A stretch of 64,000 nt of DNA from Chrysomallon squamiferum (lineage: Eukaryota > Animalia > Mollusca): the NCBI GenBank assembly GCA_012295275.1, contig CM022671.1, positions 11,532,001-11,596,000 of the forward strand, in the 5' to 3' direction. Shown one piece after another: positions 25,509 through 40,725 of this stretch. How positions within the stretch are numbered: position 1 is the first letter of the stretch; the number at the start of each line of letters is the position of its first letter. The position numbers were made by a program, and so were the translations under genes. The notes below the pieces were generated by a model. The model did not search any database and was not told where the DNA came from. It saw only the letters and a program-made list of their open reading frames with translations.

Positions 25509-26547
25509 ATCATCTATATGTTTAGCTTTCGTTGAAACTGGACATGGCTCTGTATTTGTGAAAAGGATACAGTTCTATATCTGGAATATTTCTGCGTCCT
25601 GAGTAATCGTACATCACAGCACACTGAATGTATTTATGCAAATGGCCACGTAACTTGATTTACAATTCGTCATGTATGCTTCATTTGCATGCACAACACA
25701 GGCTGTGATTCAAGCTTTTACCAATATGTCGAGACTTTGCGCAGAATCGTGAATCAATATTATGTCTGTTGATCAAGTGGTTTTATGCCAAGGGTTAGTT
25801 TGTTTTTATAAAGTTCCAGTATGAAGAGGTAAAAATCAAAAAGCAAAACTGAAACTTTACAGAAGCTCGGATCAGAATAATTTCTATTATATGTACTGAC
25901 GTTTCATGTTTTTGCCGAGTATATTGGCTAAATGTAAGATTTAGGAAAATATCAGTTTTATTGTAAATATACATTTGTTTATAAACACTGCTGACATCCA
26001 TTCATTTATTTGACTGATTATGGTGCTGATTATTCTTCAAGAAATATTGTGTATGTACGAGAAATGTATTATGCATACATGAAAAAAGGATGAATATTCC
26101 GGAGTATCCCATGAGTCAAATACTCCATAGTTGCATGTTGATGACTGCACTATATGCAAAACACTCGCTAAATGTTCTAAAACATTTCTGATTCTCCAAA
26201 CAGTTATTACTATTCACTGTTAAAACTATTACTGATGACCTGGTACCGCGCATCACATTCTGAAACTGGTGATTCCGTACAGACACATCAACTAATTGCG
26301 CTCGTTATTACTGATACATCGTTGTAAATGTCACTTAATAAAACTGAAGACCCTTGGTAACCTTCCTTTACGTATTATTTATAAATTTAGCCGAACCTGA
26401 TACTGTTAGATGAGTCAAGCGTTTCTGAAATTCAGTGGACTAGATTCACTTGGGAAATGAGAGGTGTGGGGGCAGAAGTTCTGAACCTTTAACCACAGGC
26501 AGATTATTCTGCCAGACAAGGAAGTAAAAATAAAAAATAATAATAAC

Positions 26548-26712
26548 ATGTTTTATGTAATGACGTACTCAGTACATTTGCAGCTATTGTTATTATATGG
26601 AGTTGTATGTGTGTGTGATGTACATATTATTGCTAAAGACAACAGAGATCTATACGAAAAGGATCCGTTATAAACATCTTACCATATGCAAGAATGCATA
26701 TATCATATAGCA
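26548..26712 (-). mobile_element. Old SINE fragment (tail and core), gastropod-type tRNA-derived family
   Basis: atgttttatgtaatgacgtactcagtacattt...ttatatggagt...acagagat...aaaggatccgttata resembles the reverse complement of an abundant gastropod SINE as I recall it (ATGTTTTATTTAACGACGCACTCAACACATTT...AAGGGATCTTTTATATGCACC); recall only, not a search. Confidence 0.5.
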
Positions 26713-27577
26713 AATAACCATAAGCTATTAGTGAAGGATTTGACTTTAATGGAAGGCTGAAAACAAAACAAAAACACACACAAAACAACAACAATAACAA
26801 CAAAACAAAACAAAACAAAATAAATAAATAATAGTAAATATTGTCTTTTTGTTTTTGCCGAATGCAGTTTTTATTTTTATTTTATCTTGAATGCAGTTTA
26901 AAATAAATCATAAGCAGACTATATTAATTTTATTAATTTCCTCTCGAACTACAGAAATATGTCTCTAATGAAAAATTCAGGATTTCCGAACGGAGAATGA
27001 CGCACGCCATCATTTCTGTTAAACAGTATAAAGAAAAATAAATATGTAATAGGCCTAAAATAGCAGAGATAGGTCGCTGGGTGACCCATCTTCTTCGACA
27101 CTTGAAGGAAACAAGAGGAAATGAATCAACATTTATACCAATTATTAACATGACATGATTAATCCTTTTTACAGACTTTTTTCTCAATTGTATCTATTAT
27201 TAGAACATTTATAATATGAACTGAAATGTAACATATGCACATGAACAAAATATAAAATTTTTAGAATCAATATATTTTTATCTTAAATTTGTGTTTCAAC
27301 TGTATATTTATGTTTATGTGACAGTTTTAAAAGAAACTGAATTTGTTTCAAAATAACGAGACAGCCAGTTTGTGTATCTTAAGATGTTTTATGTTTTGGT
27401 TGGTCACAAGCATATCACTGTTATCTGCAGTCTTTTGGCAGTTTCATTTACTTTAGATTTCATATTGCAAAGAAAAAAAAAAACATATGTTTTTACTGTT
27501 TGTTTCTCTACAGATCTTTACGTTATCTGAAAAAAGTTCTGTCGAATTTTCGTCCGATTACATGATGAACTATTTTT

Positions 27578-27837
<260 letters not shown>

Positions 27838-28075
27838 TTCTTTCTCCCTCTCTCTGTCTGTGTGTGTATATATAAAAAGGTGTATACAGCACATATTTCA
27901 TGTTGTAAGTACTGATTTAATGTAAATGACGTCTAGTCTTGTTCAAAGCTCTGTTAATGTGACACTGATGCATGGCTTGGCCTGGCCTACCAAAGTTCAC
28001 ATATGTAAACAACCACGACTACATTTACTGTTGTTGTTTTTTCATTAACCAAGATATTTTATACAAACAAACTGC

Positions 28076-28078
<3 letters not shown>

Positions 28079-28148
<70 letters not shown>
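28079..28148. repeat. (GA)35 microsatellite
   Basis: Direct reading. Confidence 0.98.
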
Positions 28149-28151
<3 letters not shown>

Positions 28152-28896
28152 AAAAATGTGAACGCGTTAAAAAAATGCATCAATCACTTCACAAAGACAA
28201 TAATATTTGTGCTAGCTTGTTTTTGCATTAACAAACGTTTGAAGAAACGGCTAATCAGCTGCAGTGGTTTGTTTTAGTAAGGATGTATAGCATGAATCGC
28301 AAAAAACGTTTGGTCACATTGAGAAACTTTACGCTGAATTAAAAAACAGTAACATACACATATAAATGAAAACAATTGTAAATCATTTTCTTATTTAATG
28401 ACGTTGATCGTCTCTGTTTTGTGTTTGCTAAGCGCGTTGTTTCTGATGGAAGAGTTTACACATGAAAATAACAGTGATCAGCAGCCCAGGTTGTATTTTT
28501 TAAACAGTGTTAATTATTATTGTTTTACCATCATCATCATCATTACTGTTTTTTTGTTGTAAAGCTGTAGCAAAGGAAAGTTATTTAATTAAAAGGTACT
28601 GGGGAAAAAAAAAAAATCATTTACATAAATTAATGTAGTTAAAAAAGACAAGAAGAAGAAGAAAATAATAATAAATATATATAATTTTGTTTAAATTAAA
28701 ATCAAAAACTAAAAACAAAACAGAACAGAATTAAAAAAAAAAAAACAAAAATGAAACAACAACAATTATAATTTTCATTTTGTTTACAACAGATGATGAA
28801 ATAAGAGGATGAAACATAGTGTTATAAACAACAACAGAAAATAGAAAAACAACAAAACGATGGTACTTGATAATAATCTATCCAATGAAAAATATA

Positions 28897-29046
28897 AAAT
28901 GTTCAAAAACAAAAATATCCTGTGTTTAATCATGATTTCAGGATGACGCCGAGGATTTAACATTAACATCATTGTTATCATGACAAAATGTTAAGAAAAT
29001 ATCCTGTGTTTACTTCATTCAGATTTAACATTAACATCATTGTTAT
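28897..29046. repeat. Local tandem duplication with indel
   Basis: aaaatatcctgtgttta and gatttaacattaacatcattgttat each occur twice, in the same order. Confidence 0.85.
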
Positions 29047-29557
29047 AAAGAATATAGTTTGCACTGCTAACTTACAATTAGCATTAAAGTAACATCTTGA
29101 TTCGGAATACTGACAGACATACCATTTAGGTGTTCTTTGGTTTATTGCCTTTTAGTAACATTCATCGTCCAGTTTTACAAAGTTAATTACTGAAATGGGT
29201 CACACGTCACTCTGTGTCAACACATCCTTTACTACATTATCAGTCAGAATTACAGTTCAGTGAGTAGGTTACCCGTTATTTTGAAACAAACGTTTCCCCT
29301 TGAAATACTGTATGAATAATACATCAATTAAAAATACTCATAATTCACTTGAGTCTATGTTTAACTATTATTACAGTACTTTTAATATGAGAAAATATTG
29401 TAACCATATAGAAACAAATATTTCCCCATTCAAATACATATTTATTTTTTAATAACATTTTTATGATATATCTGTTAATTAAAATAGTTTTTCTTCTTGT
29501 TATTCTAAGGTATATTTAAATGTGTTTGGGATATAATGTTTATATTTATGTACACGT

Positions 29558-29558
<1 letters not shown>

Positions 29559-29630
<72 letters not shown>
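29559..29630. repeat. (CT)36 microsatellite
   Basis: Direct reading; immediately preceded by CACGTG. Confidence 0.98.
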
Positions 29631-29635
<5 letters not shown>

Positions 29636-31453
29636 CACATTTGTGAAATACTTAACAGACTGTTTGATCACGCATTAGTCTAATTTTAAGATATCTTTTC
29701 GTCTTTTTTTGTTAATTTTACTTGTAGCTGCACTCAGCTGGATTAACTGTCATAACTGTTCATGCAAAGATACGGGGGGGGAGGTGACTCATCAGTGATC
29801 ATCTGCAGATTATCAACCACTCGCCGGAACAGTCCGAACAGAAGACCAGAACGAGTTTCTCGAACATAAACAGGGTTGCCGTAGTAACCGATCCTCTTTT
29901 GTTTTCTTATGTGTTTTTGTAACTGAATTCAATGGTGCTCTTAAAACTACGGTTACAATACATCGCATATAGTTAAGTACCATATTCAGTATTTTTATAT
30001 ATAAAGAAAAAACAGTGGGGTAACTTAATAGATTTGACCTTAAGATCAGTTATGCCTGAGGAAAGCGTTCTAACACTGAGCAGTAACATCTCCTATTTTT
30101 TTTATAACAATTTCCATTTCAGCGTTAATTATATTCATATCAGTAGCAACACCCATGTTTCTCTGTCTAAAATCTCGTATCCAATCCAGCATATCTTCGA
30201 TGTTATACCGCCTGAAGACAACGTCATTTACTTGTCAAATCCAATTTAATCAGTGCTTTCTGATAGAATATAGCGCTTACAGGAATTTACGAGGAAATTA
30301 AATTTGAGTACGTAAACAATACAGGCGTGATAAATTACTGTGCTTGGCAAATGTAAAATACATTTGTTAACCAGGTACTGCGAAATTATAAATAAAAATA
30401 AATCTGTAATTATTAAAGCCAATCAAAGTAATTACATAAATAAATCGAAACAATTAAAAAAAGATAAATTATTATTATTATTTGTTTTTTCTAAAGAAGA
30501 AGAAGACAGAAAGAAAAAAGAAAGAGAAATAAAAAACCCAGTGTTGTTCACTAAGTTTAGGTTTGTTGATGATCATAAGCATTATTCTTTAATAAAAATA
30601 AATTTAATAATAATAAAACATACGAATGGTCAGTATTTTTTATATTTTTTTATAAACATTTGTTGTTTTTTTTTTTTTAGATGTTTTTCCTAAAATCTAT
30701 GATAGCCTATCAATGACAATGACTTGATCAGAAGTTTCAAATGTTAAACGTGAAACCTACCTCATTTTCTTTTTAGCAGCAATAAATGATTTAGTTATTT
30801 AAATTATCTTTTCTTTTGTTCATACTGCACGATAGTTATCAAATATTTGGGCCTTAGTCATTAGAATTTATAAAACGCGAAAAAGTATCGTGATAGACCC
30901 GCATGACATCTGCAGAATTACCCAAAACAAAACGGTTTTGTCCCATCACTTTGATATGACGTGCCGTTAATTTGTCTCCGGGTTCCTAATTTTCTTTACT
31001 GGAGTAATTGCTGTTAGGAAACGTCAAACGTTTCTTCTTCTTCTTTTTTTTATTTTTTTTTTATATTTTTTTTTTCCTACAGAAATTACAGTCTAAAATG
31101 ATCACTATAGCAAGGCTTGGTCTGTGGAGGGAATGGAAACAGGTGCGTTTCACGTAGGTGGACACAAATACGAAGAATCTGTAACGTTCAGACGAGGGGC
31201 GAGGGTATATTATTTGGAGGAAATCTTTTTTCTTTCTTTCTTTCTTTCCTTCTGTTTCCCCCACTATTTATGTAGCAGTTGAGACGTCATAAATGATAAG
31301 TGCGGTGCTGATGAGCACTGGAGAAAAACTGATAAAATGAAAGAAGAGTAATCCCAGAATACATCATGCTGAAATCTTCAATATTTTAATGTGATTTCAT
31401 TACCTAAAACAGTATTGCTTTTGAAGATTTAACGATTAATATTATGAATTAAG

Positions 31454-31500
<47 letters not shown>

Positions 31501-31879
31501 AATAACAGCAGTAGCAGCTGCAACAACAACAACAACAACAATAATCATAATTTCAAATGTCTGTTGTACGCAAACTTTTACCAGTGTATAGAATTAATTT
31601 CGAATGAGATTTTTCTGTTAGAATTATAAAGTAATAAATAAATAACTATTCGGTAAATAAATAATATTAAATAAAATATGAATTACATCTCCATGGCAAG
31701 GACTTAATCCCTTTTTTTTTCGAAGGGTTTACTTTCTGATTTATTAATTAATATAATTTATTTATTTGTTTGTTTGTTTGTTGTTGTTGTTGTTATTATT
31801 ATTATTATTATTATTATTAATCTATTTTTTATTTTTATTTTTTTCTCTAAGACTATATATCCAATAAATAATTATATGT

Positions 31880-32025
31880 ATCTCGGTGAAATTCGTCTAT
31901 TTTCGACAAAAAGCGTGGCGTAAAACGTAATTACCGCACGTGCTTGTGTTTCTCTTAGCGGTAAAAGTGAGGTGCTTCAGCACGAACTTCAGGAGTCATC
32001 AAAAATTGTGCAGTGGTGTTTATAG
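31880..32025 (+). promoter_or_regulatory. Candidate promoter and non-coding first exon of a second gene
   Basis: CpG cluster, E-box CACGTG at 31937-31942, donor-like TAG|gtaatt after 32025, near the edge of the CpG-retaining domain; start is approximate. Confidence 0.4.
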
Positions 32026-32314
32026 GTAATTTTCTTCAACAGTATTTGAAATTATTTCATAACTTGATCAAAATCATGAAATGTTCCTAAATGTGCATAA
32101 CTGTTAAGACGACAGTCTACACAGGATCGTAATCAAAAAGTGAATTGTGGTAATACTAATATTAATAGTAATTAAGATATCGCCAGAAGCAAACCATCCA
32201 TCAACACATTACATGTTATGCGTAGATATAAATTATGAAATAAGAACAGGGAGTTTTGTTTGTCACTTATTTTCTTTTTTATCAGAATGTTTTAAATCTG
32301 AAATGATGATGATG

Positions 32315-32359
<45 letters not shown>

Positions 32360-33530
32360 TTTATTTTTTTTTTGTATGGCACGATATTCGTGTCAGTTTA
32401 AGGTCATCAGGATTTTCTGTTATGTTCCATTACTTTAGAATCGCTAAAAATGATGCGGTAATAAATACAGTACTTTTGCATATAACTGATGTCACAGTTT
32501 CGAAACTTGATTCAACTCCACAATTCACGGCTCCCTATCTCACACACAGCATGGCTGCTGCCTTTACCATGTTACTGAGAAAAGCTTTCATTGTGTAATA
32601 TACCTTACAGAATTTGTGGAGGTTGGGTATAGTAAAATCAAACCAATGAATATTCAGTATAATGTATTTTTATATTAAATAAAGAAATTGTACGATTTCA
32701 GAAATCGGTGCACAGAAAGTACATTAGAGAGAGAGAGAGAGAAAAACAACAACAACAAAGAACAACACTGAATAGTATAACCTTTCCTGAGTTTTGATGT
32801 AATATGATTACAGAATTACTCTTTGTTGTGTATTATGCATTTCCTGTATTTGTTTATTTGTTCGGGGAAGATGATAAACGAGGAAACAAATATTTTATTA
32901 TTCACACAGGGAAGTGGAAAACATGAGTAAAGTGAAAGAAGGAAAATGAGCCATTAAAATTTGACTCTTCTTAGTTGACAATGTAAGCAACAACAAAAAA
33001 AAAAAAAAAAAAAAGTATTATAAATATTACCACGACACAAGTGATGCAGTTACATAAAAGAAATTTCAGATATAGGACACAAATTTATAAGCAGACGTAA
33101 CTTCTTGATTAAATACCTGGGTTATCAATTTGCTTTGATAACATTTTATTTTTAAAATTGATTTTATTGATGCTTGTAACCTATTTAGGCCACTTAATTT
33201 TGTTTATAATTAACACGAAAAGACTGGTCAGTTAACTTTTATCAACTTTGTCATCACTGTTATTTATTATTATTATTATTGAAAATGGAATAACTGATAT
33301 ATAAATTCTTAAATATGTGGATTTTTTTGTTGCATTTTACTGAATCACTTGAATATTTCATTTTGTACTTTTGAATTGGGTTGTATATAATTTAAAACAA
33401 AATTTATTGCTACATGTTGTTAATTGATTTAATATCCATGCAGATGTCGTTTACATTGATAGTATCTTAATGTTAGCAAGCACTGACTTGTAAAATAAAT
33501 GTTTTACATTTTTTTGTGTATCTTTTACAG

Positions 33531-33594
33531 ACTAGTGTTCGGTTGCATTAACCAAAGTCAACAAGAATTCAACAAACTTCAGTTTCTATACCAG
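33531..33594 (+). other. Probable non-coding (5' UTR) internal exon of a second gene, 64 nt
   Basis: Strong acceptor tttttttgtgtatcttttacag| and consensus donor CAG|gtaagt; no ATG inside. Confidence 0.65.
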
Positions 33595-33917
33595 GTAAGT
33601 CAATGAAGTGTTTAAATTTCTATCAGACTTGGTTGAGTAGCCACTTTTACAGTCATCAAAACTGACCCTCAGATTCAGGTTATTTATTCAGCACCAGTTT
33701 ATTACATTTCATATGTCCTCAGCATGTGTGATGTAGAATGTTTTTCTTTTCATTTGATCAGATATTGTATGTGTGTTTCAACACAGACATTTGCTTTACA
33801 GATTCCACTTGTTTCAGATCTGTGTGTATATTAAGATATAGGAGATAGATTATTAACTTTGTTTTTCAGGAAAGAGTATTTTGAAATGAAGATATTTGTG
33901 AGGGATTGTGGCCCTTT

Positions 33918-33949
<32 letters not shown>

Positions 33950-34968
33950 ATTATTTTATATGTGGGAACAAAATTTCACAGCAGAGAAATCAGCATTTCT
34001 AAAGTTGTATATCTGCTCCAGAAACATTCCTTTATTTAATGTAAAAATACTGTTATTTATCAGTTTGATTTTGTAGTCTCTGTGTAACTATACATCAGCC
34101 ACTGGGATTATTCTGTTATATCTAGGTTTTCTCACTCTTGAAATTTCACTCTTGACAACATTTATACTGAAAAACACATCACAATTGATTACAATTTTCC
34201 ATTTGAATAAAACTTCTGTGCATGTTTACCTATAATGAAGTTGAAAATTGTTTTTAAACCATTTGTTTTATAATGTAGTAATTAAGGTTTTACTTCCAAC
34301 AGTTAAAAGGGAATAATATCGAATTACTAATGTACTTTTAATTTATACAAATTACTATTTCTTTTTTTTTATTATTATTATGTTTTTTTCCCTCCAGTTT
34401 CTTCGTATGTTAAAATAGTTATTTGTGGTTAGCTCATAAAACAGCTAGAAATGATTTTTCCGAAGTATTTGCTAATTTAAATAGCAGAAATTGATAAAAA
34501 AAAAAAAAAAAAAAATACACACATGTACATATACATATATACATTAAAAAATGTATAGATAAAATGAAAAAGAGGAAAAGCATAAAAATAATAAGTAATA
34601 TTGATAGCATGAATAAATAAAAACTGAATGAATTGGTAACATTTTGTAATTTTGTCACAAATAACGAGGAAGGAAAAAAAAAACATTCTGATATTTTCAA
34701 GATCTGAAGCCAGAAAAAAAAGTTTCCCACAGATTTTTTTATTTTTTGTTATTAGTTTTAGATAATTAAAAATGGTAAACATTAGTTTTAAAAAAAAAAG
34801 ATTAATTAGCAGTTTCAATGCAAACCAAAAATTAATCAGGTTGGACGCTTTAGAGGTTAATAAGTGAAAAAACAAACAAAAATCACCCCCAAAAGCACAA
34901 CCTGACTGGTTGTAGGAGATACACCTTATTAACAAACACACAGTCAGCCACTTTCTCCCACTTGAAGA

Positions 34969-35060
34969 ATGGAATTCACATGCTTGAAGAAATCATTTAG
35001 TGTGTCTGGCTTTTACGTTACAAAGAATGGGAAACCAGTTCTATCTATCTATTTTTGCCA
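34969..35060 (+). other. Candidate alternative first (possibly coding) exon
   Basis: CCA|gtaagt donor after 35060; ATGs at 34969 (MEFTCLKKSFSVSGFYVTKNGKPVLSIYFC, phase 2) and 35027 (MGNQFYLSIFA, phase 1) both run open to the donor. Confidence 0.35.
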
Positions 35061-38000
35061 GTAAGTATTTCTAGTACATTTCTCTAGTTTTCACATATAG
35101 CATATGTAAGCAAAAACTGGAGTCATGGTAAAACTCGTTTTATTTACCTGTTTAAAGTGACTAGCTCAACTCATTTGCTGTGTTCAGCTTTTTACCAAGT
35201 TGTACTAGACCTTTATATTGAAGAACCTTTATATAACAGGCACCTGTTAACATACAGTACTATCTGTAAGAAATATACTAAAAGTGAAAACCAGATTGAT
35301 CACAGAATTATCAATATTTACCTGCTCAACTAATTTGCTATGTTCTGTAAAGTGTTCTTGACTAAGTATGCAAAATACTTAGAAACTTTGTGTAACTGCC
35401 TTCGTTTATATATATCATTAGTTTTATACTGTCACACCTCTTCCAAATGTGATGGACAGAATTCTTTTAAATACAGTTATTAACATTGTACATATTTTAT
35501 CATTGACATACTAACTGAAATACAATTTTTTTTCTGCGTTATACAGATTGTGTACATTAATAAGTTTTAATCATTGAATTCATTACAAGTTAGTGTTGTG
35601 TGTAACAATAACAAAATAACTGAAAAATAACATCTGTACTGATAAAGGTTATCATTTGTTAAACAGTTTCATTGTTATTCACCTTGTCACCAACTGACTA
35701 TTATGAAGCACCTGACATTTTCCTCTGTTCTATGCCAGGCTGAACAGGTTAGCCTTAAAAACATTAATTTACAGCTGGTGTGTTTAGAGCCTGTTGCTGT
35801 AGTAACAGCGATGGCAGTGAGTGAGTCATCCACTACAAGAGTTGCCTAGATGGGAAGCGCATGCTGTTGTTACAACATGTTAATTCAATTGTTATAGCAA
35901 CATGTTGACACCAGCTTCACCTTCAGCACAAATCTCCTTCCTCGCTTTTACATTTTATTATTATTAATAAATTTTTTTAGATATATAATTTGAAATGATG
36001 GATTTTTGTCTCAGTTTAGTAACATCATTTTATACTAATAACTGAGGATGTGTAAGATTGCTTTCCGGTCATTAACACCACTTTGTTGGTGCTTTGCACT
36101 CGCTCTAAACGATACACATTTTTTCAAGGCACTGGTGTCTGTATTTCAAATGACACATACCACACATTAAATGAATTAAATATTGCACCTTTGTGAACAG
36201 TTGGCATTATGTTTATTACAGCTCATTAATGTATTATAATGGCTGCCATTTGAAATAACAATTTTAAAGAATATATTTTATTTTTTTATAAGTTATTTTT
36301 CATTATTTAAATATTTTAATTTCTTTCTGACTTTAAAAAGATTATAAAAAAAAAAGAAGTAAAAATAAAATAAAATTATGTATTTTTTTTGGTACCTTCA
36401 CTGTCAAATATATTTCTGCATTTTATCATTGATTGTCAGTCTGGATTTTTTTCTTCATTTGCTATCTCTGGCATTGATTACTGAATTACTCAATCTAGGT
36501 GTGCAATATAATGCACAGTTTTATAGAATTGTGTATGTTCTTATGTTGGCAGATCTAATCCTGTACTAGACACAAACTAACAGCTACAAACCAACAGCTG
36601 TCAGAAATATAAATAGATTGTTGTAATTGCAAATTATATGGATTGCTACAAAATCTTGATTATAACAAAAATAAAGTTGAAATTACAGAAATACACCTAT
36701 CATTTGCATTTATAATCATGAGTAATCATGTTGTCTTTAATTTTATGTTACATGTACAAAGACACATTTTGCAACTCTCCCTATAAGAAAACAACCATAT
36801 GAAGTATATATTAAAAAATTGTGAAAATGAAATATGAGTGTTCTTTTATGGATTATTAAATAAATTGAAAAATATATTCCGTATCTAAAATTAATTGACA
36901 AAAAGAATAGAAAATTCTGTAGATATCTGTGAGTCAAGTAATGGTTTGGAGTACATTACAATTGTTAATCTACTGTTTTAAAAGAATTACTGTCTAAATT
37001 ATATGTTGCTAACTAATCAATAGTAATTTTTCTGTTGTACTGAACATTTCTCTCAAAGTAAAAAGATAAGCTTTGCTGTTGATTGTTTTATTTGTGGTAA
37101 TACCACAGAATTACTTAGTCCTAAAAAGGAAAGATACATTTTCAGTATAAAACAGCAACAGAAACTTGACAATATATACTGTAATCATTTAACAATGGGC
37201 ACATAATTATCAGCTGTGCACAACATGTAATGATTCATGCCTTCTTGTCATGGTAGAAAATTAAATATTAATGTTAATACACTTAGAATATTGGCTTCCA
37301 ACGCACCCGTGGCTGCACAGAGGCACTGTGGCAGCTGACAAATTAAAAGAACAATTTTCTCATATATTTTCTTTAGGTGTGAATTTATACAGCAATGAGA
37401 AAAAAATAAAAACTTATTTTCTCTGTCACATTTTCTGAAATCATCTTATCCTGAAATAACCTGTTCTTTAAATGTAGTCTGGACTCTAATGACAGATATC
37501 TGAATCAGTTTGAATGTTAGGATTTCGTCTGTTTGTTTGAAGCCTATAGCCTTAATGGATTGGACACTGACTAGTTCATTACCATTACACTGGTATCCTT
37601 GTATTGATTTGGTGTGCTACAATTAGAGATATCATGTGTTCATTACTTGGAAATGTGATATTGTATTATTTATATGAAAACAATTGTAAGAACATCAATT
37701 TCCAGTGAAAAAGCACCACCAAGGAAACATTGTCTTGAAGTGTCAGAAAAGGAAATCTGATACAGTTATTGCTTTTGTTTTCATGACACTACTTAAACAA
37801 GGGCAGTTATAATGTTAATCTTCATTTAGTCAGTCAGACCTGATACAAAAATTTGCAAACATAATGATGATAATAAAAACTGAATTATGTTTTGGATTTT
37901 TTTTTTTTTTAAATGAAAAAGGAAAGGACATTAGTGTGAATGCTTTCAAGAGAAAAAAACCTGAAGAAGATTAAAAACAATTCAGTCAATCTTTAATAAA

Positions 38001-40590
38001 AATAAAGACAATAAAAAAGTAAGAATATGTTTCTATGATAAATGAAAAAACAAAAATAGTAACAAATTTATAAATTTTAAAGGTTTAAAAAAAACCCAGT
38101 TACATTTAAATAATTGAAACCACACTTTTAAAGTCCTTGTTAAGATATCAAAACTGTTTTTGCTATTTTCAGCAGACATTTGTAATTGCAAGATCACCTC
38201 TCACTTTGCTGATGGATTGCCATTTCATGAGAGGTCAACATGTTTTTGCACTTCTCAATCAATACAGGAATACAGGTTTAATGAAGTAGAACGTGGGATC
38301 ATGTCACACTACCACTTCTTGTAATGCATTGTCCTGTACTCCTCTGTCTGTCAAAATGTGTAATAATTTGAATACCTGATACAAGTTTCCATGATAAAGT
38401 CATTTTTAGATTCTGGCCAACCATTTTTTCATGTTTCAGTTTTTCATTTTATTTTGTTTGTTTCATTTTGATAATTTCATACTAAAATATTATATTATTA
38501 TTATCATAATTTCAAATAAAAAAATAAATTAAAAGATTATTTTCAAAATCCATATTTTTCCATTTTGTAGTTCCCGATTTAACATTGATTTTAAATGGTG
38601 TCTGCAACAACTGTTTGTATCTTTGCTTAAAAACTATTGTCTGTTTTTGACAAGGCATATTTTGAATCTGGTTTGTTTTACAGCATTTACTTTACATATG
38701 TCAGCCAGGTTAAACAGATGAAAATAGATGATTGTTTATCTTCATCCTAACTGTTGTAGTACAAATATCATGTAGTGCATGTGTCAAATGATTGATAACT
38801 GGTTACTTTAAATAAGTATTTTGAGAACAGTTACAGAGATATTTTTAATTGGTTCTAATAATACATGCAACAATTTGAAATGCTTTCTTGGAAAAAGAGA
38901 AAGAGAAAAAAAGTCTGTTTGGACTCAATGTTCCAGACAGATTAAAAAACAAGATGTAGACTGGTTTTTGAAACGATTAAAGAACTGCTTTTGAATAACA
39001 TTTATGTTTTGTTACACGATTTGGGGAATTAGATTATGGTTTATATGTTAGAGTGGAATGACTATTTATGAAAGCAAAAAATCGCAGATCTACAATCATG
39101 TCTGATTGTTATGATCATGTAAAAATAACTAACTGAAATTTGAGCCAGCAGTTTAAACTGTAGTTTCATTATTTGGATGGAATAAATTACAGTTAGTAAA
39201 ATCAGGCACAGCATAAATTATATATCTAAGAAGTATTTATAGATACATAAATTTAAAATGACTTAGAATTCTAGTAACATTAATGTAAAATAATTCAATA
39301 TTCTGAAATGACTAAAAGAGCCATATCTCAAGAATGTGATGAAAACTGATCTGCAGGATATTTGAAACTGACAGAATACTAGACCATAATATTGGATAAA
39401 TCCATGTGAAACACAACACATGGTTTGTTTTACTAATGAAAAGCAACCACAGAGTCTCAGTCTGTTTGTGTGGACAGAGGGATGCCAAATTAATGTGCCA
39501 AACTGCCTGAAGATAAATATTAACTTGGTTATTATTAAGTCTTCAGAGGGCTTTTGGCTTTGGCAGAGCAGTATTATCAAAGCCATTCTTTGCCTTTTGA
39601 AAGCATTCTGTGTTTGTGTGATCAATGACAAGTAGAAGTTACACAAGTTGTCCAACCTGTGCTTAGAGCAGGTTCTTGTGCACACTAAATGATATCAGTC
39701 TTTCCTTTGTAATGCCTGTGAGATAACTTTCTTCAGCCAAGTCGCAATAATATTCAGAATGGCCTCCTGGGAATCATTTGTTCTGATGTGAATGACATTT
39801 GTATATGACTGTGGGTTATTTGAAATTAAAAGTTAGTTTTAAAAATAAAATAGGATTTTTAGAAATAAATAATCATATTTTTAAAGTTTGTTATATAATA
39901 AATTTGTTTAAACTACAAAATTATACATTAAAATATACTAAAAGGACCAAAAGAAAGAATGAATTAACACAAATAAAACTGACAACAAAAAAACTATTAT
40001 TAAATTCCAAATGTTTTTCAAGCTTTTATGCATCAGATGTTCAAGCCTGTTTTGCTATAACTGAATGGGAAGTCTTGGAATATCTCTTGGTTGAGATTGA
40101 TTCGGGCATGTAGTCTTCAGAACTACCAGCATTACGGCTAATGAACATTGACTGCAGCATTGTGACTGATTGCTAACAGCATTTGTTTCCTACTTAAAAT
40201 CTGTCACAGAATTTATTACTGTTTAACAATCTTTGTAACACATCAATGCCCCAGACACATCAGTGAGATATTTGCTTTGTTACAATGTTTGCAACAAAAC
40301 TGTGCATGCCAAGCACATTGTAGCACATTGAAAACCAGTATAAAAAGAGTTGTTGCAAGACAGCAGCTGCTAGCTAAATGAAGTCATTATTCAAGTCACA
40401 AGTTGAAGTTAATCACACACTGATTTTTCTTTCTCTGACTTTGATCTGTTTTGTGATAATGGTCATTTTGCCAAGAATACATCATTAATTTTTCAGAAAA
40501 TACTCAACATTTGTGACAGTTTCAATCATTTAATTTAAGGCAAATTTTGAAAGTAACATCATACTCAGATTGTTGTTTTAATACTATTCT

Positions 40591-40725
40591 TTCAGTGGTT
40601 AGAGTTCCTCCATGAGATCACATGATCAGTATTCTTTGGAACTTCCAGCTATCACCTGTTAAAACTAGTGTGCCATAACTGGTTTATCAAAGGCCTTTAC
40701 TTGTGCTTTCCCCAGTACAGGAAGA
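40591..40725 (+). mobile_element. Old SINE fragment (head/core), same family type as 26548-26712
   Basis: tcagtggttagag (A-box-like) ... agtgtgccataactggtttatcaaaggcct...tgtgct resembles the recalled core CAGTGCACCACAACTGGTATATCAAAGGCCGTGGTATGTGCTATCC. Confidence 0.45.
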
